NCBI GenBank assembly: GCA_043228905.1
Contig: JBHGNT010000008.1
Coordinates: 19,282,001 to 19,346,000, forward strand
Reading direction: 5' to 3'
Source of the DNA: Azolla caroliniana
Lineage: Eukaryota > Plantae > Polypodiophyta
DNA length: 64,000 bases
The translations under genes were made by a program, and so were the position numbers. Each line of letters starts with the position of its first letter. Positions within the stretch are counted from its first letter, which is position 1. The notes under the pieces are model-generated. The model made no database searches, was not told the origin of the DNA, and saw only the letters and a program-made list of their open reading frames with translations. Positions 51,071 to 64,000 of this stretch are shown here, piece by piece.

Positions 51071-52805
51071 GTATGGGAATCTTCTTGGCGTCCACTTCAA
51101 TCATTGGGCGAAGTGCATGTTATATGGATCAATATTATGTGCATTGTGAACGATGCAAAGTTGTATAGTGAGTGTATAACCATCCTTCTCATTCTAAAAG
51201 CTTGCTCTACAAGCTCCATAATTTATTAGTCCAACATGAGTTAATTAAACAATCTGAATGATATTGTGCACATGAGTTCTCTTCATTTTTTTAACGAGAT
51301 TGGAAATATCCTTATTGAACCAAACTTCATTGCGATTTCTACACCTACACTTGAAATTATTCATATCAATTACACATAATGTAATGTACCAATGCAACAT
51401 TGTGCCCGAGTGTGTGTTTTAAAAAGAGCACAATGTGAACATTCAACGTAAATAAAGTCACAAAATAGCATCATGATACATAATATGTATGTAGTACTCT
51501 CGGTCACTCCGATGCCTCGAGTAACACTGGCCTGTACATTTACCAAGGCCAATGTTTTCTCATGTTTTTGCAAGTTGTAAGAAATCAAATTGTTTTATTT
51601 GCATCAATGTTGTATTTTTCCATAGCAAAAGTAACAACAATGTTTATCCGAGGTGGGGTTGGTATCAAAAAAAGTAACAAAAAAGTTGAGTTTTTTTATA
51701 AAGAGCCACGAAGTACTTTTAAGATATGGTTGAAGAATGTTGTAATGCAAAAAGTGTCCTTGAGATATTTGACTTTATGTAGGATAGGAATGCCAATTTT
51801 TAGGTTCAATTTCAGCAAATCTTAGATCCCATGGAAATCTTAGTTTATAACAGGTCTCCTTTTTACCTTCCACAAAATTGAGATAAACAAAGCTACACTC
51901 GAGTCATTGTTAACGTGCGCAAGCATCGAGGTTTGTGCAAGAGTCAATAATGGTGAAAAACACATGCCTTCCTACAAAAAACAATAGGCTGCTAAGGCAT
52001 CACGATTTTTCACAAGAGGGCATGAAAACATGATCTGGATCACACTTAGCAAAGAAGCACATAGATTGCACAAGCATGGTTGAAACTCTGGCATGGAAGA
52101 ACTAGGACATAGTTGACCCTCTCTAAAACACACACAAGGGTTGTTGTCCACCCATCCTTTGTAGCCGAATTTGGTCGCTAGCTAGCATTCTCTTCTTCGA
52201 CGAAACGAAGAGCATTATTTGGGGTCCACCTAGACTGATGACAAAAGAGGTAAAAAGGGCAGTAACCATAACTGAACATCACGGAGATACCCAACATATT
52301 TTTTGGCAGAAAGAGATGTATTGCTCAACCAAGCGTGACGACACAAAACACAACAGAAAGAAGAGGATCGGGGGTCATTTTTGAGACGAAAAGGTGATCA
52401 ATAGAATAGAATGAAGGAGCCCCACCAAGCTTAGACATTTCATTACCAAACCTACACATGATCGTGAGCTTGTCAGTTCATTCCCAAGCCAGCAAACTGT
52501 GCCTCATGGCCGAACCTGAGACAAAGGGGGAGGGGGGGGGGTTTGGGCCGGACCTTTCAGAAAAGATCCCAAGCCATGTGGCTAAGAACAAGCCGTATAT
52601 GTATCCCAAACCGTGGGGCAAGTTATTTATTGATGTTCCACGGCTCCACGGCTCCACGGCTCCACACAGAAAAGAGAGAGGAAAAAAACGACACAAACCG
52701 AAAAACAAAAAAGTCAGTCTGGGCGCCGAGGCTCGGGATCCGAGGCAAAGGAGCCGAATCCCGAGCCGGAGCTTCGGCTTTGCCTCGGGATGAGGCCCGG
52801 TCGGA

Positions 52806-52854
52806 TGACGTGACAGCCGACGTGGCAGTCTACGTGGCAGGAGACGCGGGCCCA
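52806..52854 (+). promoter_or_regulatory. Cluster of ACGT elements (TGACGTG, two ABRE-like ACGTGGC) and a site II element upstream of the TIC-like gene
   Basis: TGACGTG at 52806, ACGTGGC at 52820 and 52832, GGCCCA at 52849, in a GC-rich patch just before the CT-rich 5' UTR. A telo-box (TAGGGTTT) lies at ~53316. Confidence 0.55.
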
Positions 52855-53214
52855 CGGAAGCGATGGACGGCGGAGATGTGCGGAGAGGCGCGTGCCCCAG
52901 ATCTCAGCCGTCCGATTGCTGGTCCGAAGAAAGCAAAGATCTCTCTCTTCTCTCTTTCTGTCTCTCTCTTCTCTGTCTCTGTCTCTCTCTCTTCTCTTTC
53001 TCTGTGTCTCTCTCTTCTCTCTCTCTCTATCCGCCATAGCCAGATAAGCTCCCATCTTGCCCTTTCCTCTGTCTCTCTTTGTCTCTGTCTCTGTGAATCT
53101 TACCTCTCGTGAAGCTTCTTCTCAGCAGGAGCAGCAGAAGAAGAAGCAGCTCCTCTCCCAACCTTCTTTTTTCCTTGTATTAATTCCTTCCTTCTCCTCC
53201 CTTCTTGTTTGCTA

Positions 53215-53267
<53 letters not shown>

Positions 53268-53334
53268 GATTCACCTCCTGGTCTTCTTGTCCATTGGGGA
53301 ATTTGGAGTTAGGGTTAGGGTTTCCTTTTCCTTC

Positions 53335-56300
53335 ATGGACCGCAACAGAGACGTTCGGCGAGGTGGAGGTGCGATGGGAATGAAGGATATTGTATCAGGT
53401 AGGTTTCACTCATTCCTTTTCCGCTTCCCCTCCTTCTTCCTGCTCGTTTCATTCCTCTGCTCCAATCCTTCTTCCTGCCAAGGATCTCCATGGCTTCTCC
53501 TGATTTGCTTCCAATACAAAGATCTCTTCTCTTCTCAGTCAAGTTTCGCACAATGACATTACACCGATCCTTCTTCTTTCCTCATTTGGATACAACTCTT
53601 TCTCCTTTCTTCTTTTGTAATTGATTTTTTTCGCAATATTTTCTGCAGATGACGAAGAAGAAAGGACAGAAGAAGAGGATTCCACAGAAAGAAGGACTTG
53701 GGAAAGATCTAAGAAAGAAAAAGCGAATAGCGCTCATGTTGGACCTCCTTCTTCCAAATCGCAACACAAAAGGAAACATTCTCGTCCTAATCCAATACAA
53801 AGGCCACACCATTCTTCTAAGGTCACAGAAGAAGCAGTAGCAGGAGCTGTAGAAGAAGATAGCACCATAGAAGAAACCAAAATTCTGGCTTTAGAGAATG
53901 GCGAATCTCGGCCCCAACTCCTGCTTCAAAGGCTTGGAAAGGGCAGAGTTCAAATGAAGAAGGTATGTATAATTTTAAGCAGAACAATGGTCTGATACCT
54001 CAACATGGATTTCACATGAGTGTATTGATGCCTGACATGGAGTTCATATGAAGGGAAAAACACACACAAAAGCACAAGCGTGGACTGCCTAGAATGTAGA
54101 CTGATGATAGAAATCTTAGACATTTTTTTTCACTAATGTTTCTGCTTCTTTTTTTGTTTTGTTTTGTTTTGCAGAGCCAGACCTAACAAATACAGTTTTT
54201 GCATTACATTTCCGGCCATTTTTTGTTGAATCGAAACTAGCAAGAACACTTTTCGTTATTCCTGCCCATTTTGCGGGCTCAGACCGTACATTATGAGCTC
54301 CTGTAGCATATGGCAGAACCTGCCTAGTTAGTTATGTGAAGCCTCACCTTGAGAATCTCACAATATATTAAGTACTCTCTGCGAAGCAGCTAGATAAGCA
54401 GAGCCTTGCCTCCAAAAGCACATAATGTTGAACACTGTTGGGGGAAATAAATATGAGGTAAATTAGGCGCAGTCAATCCCCATGGTGAAATTTCCTGAAA
54501 TTTCTCAGTTAGATATGTGGAGCCTTGTCTGCTGAAGCTCGTATGTATGCTGACCAATGTGAGGACACAGAAATGAGTGCACACTCTTCTATTACATCCA
54601 AGCAAAGCTGGAGTTGACGTATGGGACTGTTGATTACTTTAGGGAATCATGAGGAAAAGTGGGATTACTGCAGTCTAAACCTTCTTGTGCTTCTGTTTTT
54701 GCGCATGTCTGGCTAGAAAATTTTGAGTGCTTATTCATTCTGGGGTCTCATAATGTTGTGGTTTGCAGGGAGATGAGTTTGTGATGGATATACCCTATAT
54801 ACCGCGAAAAGCAAGATCTTCAATGTCCTCGAGTTCCAGATTTACGAGTAATAATCATTCTTTTCTGTCATTATGGTAGTAATTTTTGTGCTACTTTTTA
54901 GGAAACAGTTACATGGGTTGTTTTTGGCAGCCATTTCAAGGAGAGATGAAGAATTTCTTCTAACAGACAACCCTCGCCGACGAAAGTCTCCTCTTACTGT
55001 TCAATCATCCCAGAATGGAGGTGGGTCCTCTCCCAATCTCCGCCAGGAACCTGGAAGAAGGCCAGGGGTAAGCGTGCTTCTTTAACTGATTGTTTTGTAA
55101 TGAGAAGTACTTAATATCTGAATATACAAATGAATAAAGTACACCGACCAACAGAGATGACTAATCTCTTCAAGACTTTCACATAAATGGCTATGATTTA
55201 AGACTCAGTTTCGTGATGGGTAGTCATTGTCTATATTGCCTGTTTGCAGGTTTGTGGGTCTTTAACAATATCAGATCAGGAAGCAGAAGTTGCAGAGGCA
55301 CTTTTTGTCCTTGCCAGTGGTATGGCGTCACAATTAGAGGCAATGGGGCCGAAGGCAAAGGCACAAGCGAGGGGAGATTCTTCTCCTTCTAAGCCATCTT
55401 CTACAGTTGTTTCAGCAACTATTCATAATTCAGGCAAACATAGTACTGCAGATTATAGCTCTCCCCATGCAAAGGAGGCTGCTGGTCCTATTGCTGAAGG
55501 TATACTTCTATGTACTAATGATTGTGACTAACAAATTAGTCTTCAATGTTTTTCCTTCTATGTACTGATAATTGTGACTAACAAATTAGTCTTCAACTAT
55601 GGGTGTTGTCTTTACTCCAGCACTTAAAAGGAAGCGGCTGAGAGCTGCAAAGCAAGAAGAGAAAAGAGGTTATGAACCCATCCAATCGACATCCACTTTT
55701 GATAATCCTTCTCAGTTAAGAAATACTTCAGTGGGAGGCATTGAACCAGATTCTGTAGTAGAGAAGACACATGATTTATCTGCTGACTCTGCCACAAATC
55801 GATCCAAGACTATTAAAAGCATTGCTGAGTCTTATTTAGAGACACATAGCAATGAAGAGCTGAGAATACAAAGTCTACGAAAGCAAGGAGAAGCCAAAAT
55901 ACCAAAACTGGAAAACTGCAGGGATCAACAGTTTGAAAATCAACTATCTGATTCATCAATGATGAAGTCGATGGAAGCAAACAACTTTATGAAACAAGAG
56001 CTATTGAGCAAGTATGGAGGAATGTCAATCTTGTTAATGCAAGCATGCAAAGGTTTAACCATATGGATTCTAAACTAATGATTGCTTTTTCTTTTCTGTG
56101 CGTAGGGCATCTGGCATGGTTCATAATCATGAAAGCATTGTTGAGTGTAAGATTGTGGTAAGCAAACTCTTATTGCAACATATGAATGACATATTCACAT
56201 GAGCGCAATGAGTCTTGACAGGAATATACTCTTATTGCCAGGTCCCTTCAGGGAAACTCTTTCCAGCTGAAGAAAATGCACCTGTTTCAGAAAAACAGTC

Positions 56301-59300
56301 TACTGATGTTCCTGTGAGTACAAATTGTGGCATGTGGTTATGAACACATATTCGTAGCACAAGTAAGGTTATTTTGTAGGACCGATGTTTAAATTAATAG
56401 TCAACTGGAGACAGAAGGTGAGAGGTGGGGGGGCTGCCAGCCAGCATTCAAGCATAGTCAATGACATTACATATAATCTGTAATAAGAAGTGGCCCATTA
56501 CTTATTCCCCGAGTCTATACATTATGCTAATGGTGTTAGAGAACCTAACTGCCAGGGTACACGTAGATAACTCTTTGTTTTTTTCATGTTCCTCATATTT
56601 GATTATTAGAAAGAAATATCAAGGAATATCATTTTGTATTAGAGGGCATCAAGCTTGCATTATGTCTCAATCACGTGGAAGTCATAATCTTCTCTTGATG
56701 TTGCAGGTCAAATCAAGTTGCACAGAAGAAACCTCAGCTAAACAGGAGGCTTTGAAGGGTGCTGTTTCTGATGGTGGGTTAACTAAACTGGAGGAAAAGG
56801 CTGATAGATGCATGCAAGAGCAGAAACAGGAGGCCACGACTCAGATGCATGAACGTTTTAGAAATGAGAAACTTGGTTCTTCAAGAGTAAGAGAAAGAGA
56901 AGGGGACGAGGGAAAGGAGAAAGAGAAGGAGAAGGAGAAGGATATGATAAAGGAGAAGGAAAAGAAATCTATAAAAAACGTCTCCAACTTTCAGAATTGT
57001 GAAACTGGTTAGTCAGCAGCATTGTTGTCTTTAAAATTGAATGTGTAATATTTAGTTTTTAAATAAAAAAAATTAATTGAAAAGGAAATTGCCTTGAATT
57101 AAAAGTTTTAAGACTGACATTCCTGCTTTCTGTGCCAACAGCTGTGAGCTCAAATGTTCCTGTATCATCACATGGAGACTCGATGAGTGGGTTGCCATAT
57201 ATGGAGTATGTTTAATACTCAATTTTTTTAATTTTGTGGTTGCCCATGATAAAGCCATGAAATTTAGCATATAAACAATCCTAAAATGTTTTGGTTATGC
57301 CTTTTAGATACTATAAATCAGGAGCGATGCTTTGGGCTGGTGGTGTGTTGCTTCCAAATCCTAATTTAGATCTTAAAACAACACATCCAACCATGCAGGT
57401 AGCTTCTTGTTTTAATGCAGTTGAATTGAGGTTGCATTCTCATTTTGCTTTGGTATTTCAGTCCTTGAGCTTCCACATTTTCATCTATCTTTCAGTCTTG
57501 ATGTGAATTGTTCGGAAGTGTATGGACTTGGTTTAACCTGTGTTTGTGAAAACCCCTGGGATTATAAATGCTTGCTTTATTACAAAGTTTGGGTTTAGTT
57601 CCTAGGATTTGCAATTTCATGTTTGAGAATGCAGATATTCTATGTGGGTTTAATGGACTAGGTTACTCCTTGATTTACAGGGAGAGATAAAATGTTTTAT
57701 ATGAGACAATGGCTGCAGTTTTAGTAATTATCATAGTCTCTCTTCTTTCTTGCTTTCTTACCCTTCAACAGTTATTGGGTTTATTCCAAATATCTCCTTA
57801 TTCATATGTTTTCATCTTTGTTGCTCTTCCTATTTTCTGTACTTCTCCATGCTGCTAGTACATGCTTCTTTCATCTTCATGCTAACAGGATGGATGTGCA
57901 TGGCTGTCTTACTTAGGTTAGATACTAGCATACCACGATATGGTTTTGTATAATATCAGGTCATTCTACTTCTTGATCTAACAATGATGTCTGTTATTCA
58001 TCCTCGGTTCCTCATTCAGTGGTCTTATCCTTGGTTCCCCAGGTGAAACGATGTGCAACACATGTATATTTGGCCCATTATATACATCGGGAACAACAGA
58101 TATCTAGGCATTCTCTATGGTCGGCAGCATTCTGCAGATCTACTCCTTACAATCTGAATATGTCCCATGTAAGCATGTTTGATAGTGAAAAACTTGGGGG
58201 AGCTTATGTTGATATCATGGCCAAGGCTCCAAAACAACAGGTATATTTAGTTTTTGATTTTTCTCATCCTATCTCAGGAACATTTTGCTTACCTTTGTTT
58301 ATTTTCAGTGTGAACCTTCATATGGCTACACTCTTGATCAAGATGCTCCATCTGAAGTAGTGAGTGCTAGCACTGCTGGCATCAGCACATTAATTGGAAA
58401 TGCCACAAATGGTCATGCCCAGTACATGCAGGCTATGATGCAGACAAATGGCTTTGCTTCCTTCCCATTTCCATTCAATGGTGTACCTGGTCAGGTAAAC
58501 TTCTGCGATAATAGCTGGTCTGTTGTAATGAGAATAAGTGTAATAAATGTTTGAATTATCAACCAATTCTACAGGCAGCTCAGTTTTTCAACGCTCCTTT
58601 CTTCCCACCACATCTGATGCCCCCTATTTCACAGCTTCCCCCTTTGCCTCAACAAGGTACCAATGCATCCCCAACTCAGAAGCAACAAACGGGGAGCAAT
58701 CTAGCACACTCAATTTCATCTCAAATTTTAATGCCACAACATCAGGTTCATCGTACTCCTAACTCGCCATCACAATCACAGCAGCCACAAATTCTCGTAG
58801 GAAGCTCTAGTCATCATGTTGGAGCTCACTCAGAGAAGGACAGCAACACAGTTTGTGTTGAAAGCGTTTCAACAGCAGAAAGCAGGCTGCAAAAAAATGT
58901 CTCTTCTAATTTGCCGAACCTTAATGCATGTCTGACATCATCAATACTGGCATCCGATGTACCTGACATGCTCTCCCATGATCAAGGTGTATCTCTAAAG
59001 GCAAGTTCAATGCAAAATCAGGCTGGGAAATCTCAATATCTGTTTGACGGTCACAATCCTGCATTATCATCAGGTTCAATGCAACAGAAGCACTTTGCTT
59101 CACAGAACATCAAACAAGTGTCTTTGGGGATAACCTCTCTAACAGGGTCTCCTGAAATTTCTAGATTTCATTTACAAGAGCAGCATGCTTATGGAGGCTC
59201 TAGCCAGCAATATCAAAGGAATTTATCTAAGAATTCATCAGTCAATGATCAGTCGTACTCATTGAAAGGACGTGACTCCTGTGTAGACAAGACAAAACAA

Positions 59301-60749
59301 GTGGGCCGTTCTACACACCTTTCTAGACCAGACAGGGAAGCTGCTTCAATTTCTATACAAGGTTTTCCGAACAGACTTGGGGGTGCATTGAGTGTCAGAG
59401 TTCCAGCTAAAGAGGAACTAAGTTCTAATTCAGGAACTTGTCTGGAAATTGGACAAGGCTCCTTATTGCAGAATCAACCATCGAAGCAAGATGCAGATTG
59501 TGCAAAAGGTGTTCAGGGAGCAGCTATTTTCACAAGGCCAAATGCACATATCATACTTGAACGAAACCTTCTATTTTCTGGACCTACAACACCTACTTCA
59601 AACCAAGGTGTAAAACATAGTAATTCAACTGCTGCAAAAGGTATGCAGAAAATACCCCCTGGGAAAGCTGTTCAGCCACCAGTTTCAGTAAGTTCAACAT
59701 TGTCTAAAAGAGAAGTGCAGCTACCACACATAAATCTAGGTGGTGTTTCGTCCACACCTTTGAGAGGTGTTACACAGTCATCTGTAAATATTTCCATGAT
59801 CAATAAGCAGTTGTCACCTATTTCAAAATCTGGAATAAGCACCACTTCATCAAAAAGCCCCGCAACTGGAAAAGGGAATGCATCCTCGACAATTTCAGCG
59901 CCTAGTCTTGCAGGTATGTCTTTGCCGGTAAATAATGGGCAAGGTATGCCAGTTAAAGCTCCTGTGGAGCAGAAAAAGCAGAGTACTTTGCAAATGAATA
60001 GTGGGCTTGCCATGTCTGTTAAAGCTTCTGTGGAGCAGAGAAGGCAGAGTACATTGCAGCTTCAACAAGAGTCAGGCAATGAAGTTCAGTCACCACAGAT
60101 TGGAAGTAAGAATCGGGTCTATACTCACCAGCAACAACAGCAAATTGTGTACAAACTGCCATTCCAGCAACAAGAGTCACCACAAAAATCACAATCTTTC
60201 CGTCAGCAGCATTCACAACAGAATTCTCCATTACCGGTAGTGCACCATTATCAGCCAAGTTCTCAAGGTTCTCATGGTTATGCTCATTACTCTGTTTTGA
60301 ATCCACCTGCTTCCTTAGATAAGAATGGCATGGTCTTCAATGCTCGGAACTGGAGTGCTGTGTCAGGTTTAAGTGTTAGTGCTGAAATAGCAGACCAATG
60401 TAAAGGATCTGGTCCACAGTCTTCATGTTCTGAAAATCGAATGGCTGATATGCTAGGAACAGCCGCGACCCTTCCAGTAGTATCAGGTCAAGTAAAGAGT
60501 GGCTCCCACAGTACATCACATTTCGTGCAACTAGCTTCCAAAGCAATGGGTAAGCTTTTGCAATAGTATTGTGATGAGGGAATTATTTAATGGGCGTCTC
60601 ATTGCTGACCAATTTGAGTCTTATATTATAATACCTTTACTTGTTAAATTGTAACAGGTGATGCAAACAAAGAGTTGAACAATGTAAGGTATCTTTCTTC
60701 TTCCTCGCCTCCACAGCCTGCAATTCTTGCGAATTCAGCCCCTTCATGA
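53335..60749 (+). CDS. TIC: TIME FOR COFFEE (TIC)-like nuclear clock regulator, multi-exon
   Basis: N-terminus MDRNRDVRR. Conserved blocks DEF…IPRKARS (~54770-54820), ISDQEAEVAEALFVLA (~55270) and KRCATHVYLAHYI (~58045). Long Ser/Gln-rich exon ~58575-60549. Last exon 60658-60749 ends …NSAPS*. Some internal exon boundaries are uncertain. Confidence 0.82.
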
Positions 60750-63459
60750 TTGATATATGCAGCAGCTATCAAGCTACACAAAAACTAGACTTATTAGTGA
60801 GATATTTTGGTGGATGAAATCATTCATCATCATCCTCAGGGTCACAACATGCAACCTGGTTGGAGAGTCTCAGTTTCAATTTTCGAAGGATTGGATTGCG
60901 GCGATCAATGATGGATACTGATGTTTGGAGTGACCTTGTATAATAAGTAGTTGGCTTTCAAGCAGTCCTCTGTAATTTGATGCTGGACTTAAAAAATTTA
61001 GCTGATGTATGTGTTGGATCAAGAAAGCATTCAGGAAGGATTGCAATACTTGCATGTGATGTATGGCCCGATTGTACATTTTTGCACAATTCTAATGAGG
61101 TGTGCAGAGATGAAGTGGTCAACCTTGTAAACGACAGCTCATTGCAGCTTGCTTTAGCTTGAAAATCTGTATAACTTGTGTCCATTGCCATTGCCATTGG
61201 ATTCCGGACTTGATACCTCTTCAAGAAGTGTAATTATCTTGGTGTGGAGTTCAGAGTCCAGATCATACGTATACATGATTATAGTGAATATTTGTAGTTA
61301 TGTTACTACTTTGTGAGACAGTTCTTACGAATATAAGAGCCTTTTGAACACAATTTACAAAGAAACGTTTACTAAATACAAGATAACCATATCATTGGAC
61401 TTGTGGAAAACCATGGAAAGTTCATTTTCTTGTTATTATACTGCTATTATGATTTGTCCAATTACATCTTCTGCAAAATGTCATTCGGCTCTTTTAATTG
61501 CAAATACCTAAACATATGTTTTCCATGTGTAGTTCAATCACACTTAAGGTTAGTATTTGTATATGATAAACCATTAACTAAATTAGCATTTGCTATGTTT
61601 AATGCTGAGGGAAAAGTGTTTTGTTTATATTTGACAAGGAGATCAAGTAACTGATGATTTGAATGCCATTAGTAATCGTAGACTGTTTTATCTCTGATTA
61701 TATATATACATACTTGGAAGAATTAAGAAAAACATATATATATGAAAATGATTCAAATGAAATCGACCCAGTTTGTGTTCATGCCAAGAGTTTTAGGACA
61801 CTTCTCATGAGTAATGAGTTTATATTGATAAGGTCACAACATGTACGGTGAGGGAGAGCATAAAAGTTTTGAATAGAGAAGACCAAGAAAACATTTACTT
61901 AATGGTAGAAAGACCTTCATGTACCCATGACTGCCTTTTGACAAACTACCATGTGCAACTTTTGAATTTGATATGAAAGTGTGTATGCTTCCAAGTACAT
62001 TTTCACAAGAAAAAAGTGGAGTGGTTGGAATTGAATGGTAAGCAATTATTGTTCAATACAAATTCATAAAAGAAAATAACTTTCACACTTTTCCCATTTC
62101 TTCAAAAAACTTCTAAGAAAATGTTCCATGCATGGAGTTTTGTATATTTGCTTACTTAATGCTAATTATGAGTGTGGGTTTTGTAAGCAAAATTCATATT
62201 GCCTCTCAACATGATAAGTTCAAGACAATTTAAAAGTGTCATGCAACTGAAATCACTTAATCCACGAATATAGGCATGAAAAATAGAAGAAGTCGATGAT
62301 CATCATGGCTTTTTGCATATTTGTGTCAATGATCTCAAACTAAAATGATGAAATAGGTTTGTAATGTGTGTATGTGTATTCGTTGTTACCCTTAGCAAGT
62401 CATTTGTCAATGTAATGTAATGCATTAACAAATGGTATGTTTAATACATGGAACATGATGCTTAGCTAAAGCACATCAAAATATAAAATGTTCTTGATAT
62501 AACCCAATGGACTTACATAGCCTAGACTAAACATAAACTTGGGTCTGGAGGAAAAATTACAAATGCAATTTATTTTCTCTATCAGAATAGCGAGTCATCA
62601 TGCATATATGACATAGAGAATTAATAATCCATGGTTAGTAGGTAAGTTGGTACCTTGGAGTTGCCCACTAAGCGCTTTATATTGTTTACTATTAGTATTG
62701 TATCATTACTGGAATAGATCTTGTTAGTTTGCACTTATCAGGATCGAGAGGCCAAACAACCTACTATTGGCACTAAATGAATGAGGGAGGGTGTATATCA
62801 ATCTTGAGGAACATGCCATCTTCCTAACCTCAATCTTGCATTAAAATTAAACAATGTTGGATGTTATTTTCCTTGTTAATATAGTTTTCTTGTTTTCTGT
62901 CTATCTGTGTCATCTCTCTCTCTCACTCATGCACACGCACACGCACACACCCCTTCCGTTGCACAGAATCACACTCGATTCTTTACAAGTATGAGCATAT
63001 GCACTACGTTTTATGTGAATGTAAGGAACATAGTAGGTAAGTTGAACACATTGGTAGCCAAAGTGAAGTGGGCAAATGCGTTTTCTTTGTGTTTTGATTG
63101 TATGATTTTCATTTCATTTATTTTCTTAAGTGTAAACTAGAGGTGGTTGTAGCTTGAGTGATGTGGCAAGTTCAACGTTGGGTGATGTCAGCTAACATTG
63201 TTACGAATAGTTTAAGTGGAACCACTAGGGACTTGAACCAGAGAGGATTTGTTGTGGGTTGCGAACTTGAATTGTTGTCTTGAGAAGATTTATCTTAGTG
63301 CTTTTGACTATGTATTCATACATAAGATTTATATACGAGAAATTAAATACTCAATAATAGCTACCTTGGTAAATATAACATTACACCTCTCTATAGGTGT
63401 AAGATTTGAATCTCACTTTACATGATTACATTTAGGTGGCACATTAGGCCTACACACAT

Positions 63460-63730
63460 GGAATCTTTGAGGTGGAGGATGAGGAGAATCTTTGAGGTGG
63501 AGAATGTTGGAAGAGAATTCTTGAGGAGAAGGTTGGAGGAGGAGAATGTTTTAGGTAGAGAACATCAGATGTGGAGAATGTTAAATGAGGAAAACGTTTG
63601 AGGTGGAGAATGTCATATGTGGAGAATCTTGGACATGGAGAATGCTTTGATGAGGAGAATGTTTGAGATGGAGAATGCTTGAGGAGGAGAATGTTGAAGG
63701 TGGAAAATCCTTTGAGGAGGAGAATGTTCA
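63460..63730. repeat. ~20-bp purine-rich minisatellite (GAGGAGGAGAATGTTT-like), probably TE-internal
   Basis: GGAGAATG recurs about 12 times. Confidence 0.75.
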
Positions 63731-64000
63731 ATCTTCTCACCTCGTGATTGGAATAGTGTTCTGGAAGATCCAACAAGAGCCTTGTAATGAACTCTTCCTG
63801 TCAACAATTTGAGTTTCTTGATGCAGTAAATTGAGGACTTGTCTTTTCACGAATCTTGCTTCAAATCAGCATAAGTTTGCACTTGAAACTCATTCACAAA
63901 TTGAAAATTCCAACATGATCCTTGACTATTGAGAATAATACTATGTGGTGGATTTCCAAAATTTATTTGATATGAAAACCAGAAAAAAACCAATTACTTC

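Noticed and set aside
54823-54830. U12-type donor (ATGTCCTC) in the TIC-like gene
   Set aside because: It deviates from RTATCCTT, no TCCTTAAC branch site was found, and a conventional GT donor keeps the frame.
62480-62987. Solo Copia-like LTR ending GATTCTTTACA
   Set aside because: The end resembles the 43095 LTR family, but no 5' boundary or TSD could be established.
63199-63454. Minus-strand LTR (TGTAGG…TAACA)
   Set aside because: There is no PPT in the required position and no partner LTR within the window.

Overview
Eukaryotic, plant-type genomic DNA. It is probably a fern or other non-seed plant; this is inferred from the Tcn1-like chromovirus, the abundant PLS-PPR debris and the (CT)n-rich repeats. 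Three intact spliced host genes are present: a WD40 AAMP/SQT1-like gene (-, 4398-9208), a UBC15-18/UBE2W-type E2 (-, 11996-18151) and a TIME FOR COFFEE-like gene (+, 53335-60749). Between the last two lie about 35 kb of transposons. The most notable structure is a 12.7-kb nested insertion (27197-39946) inside a PPR pseudogene, bounded by a 51-bp direct repeat. Its backbone is a Penelope-like retroelement (PLE) with no visible GIY-YIG endonuclease and a type-I hammerhead ribozyme in its 3' region. It is joined head-to-head to an inverted arm made of [PLE-type 3' end]-(TTTAGGG-like)n-[PLE-type 3' end]. This may record a chromosome break healed from both ends by PLE reverse transcription plus telomeric repeats. 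A chromovirus with a clear -1 frameshift signal and a pogo/Tigger transposon (itself carrying a hAT MITE) are nested in the PLE. Also present are an L1 with a twin-priming 5' inversion in a CT microsatellite, a young integrase-deleted Copia element, other LINE/MITE remnants and several tandem arrays. All calls were made by eye, and no database search was run.
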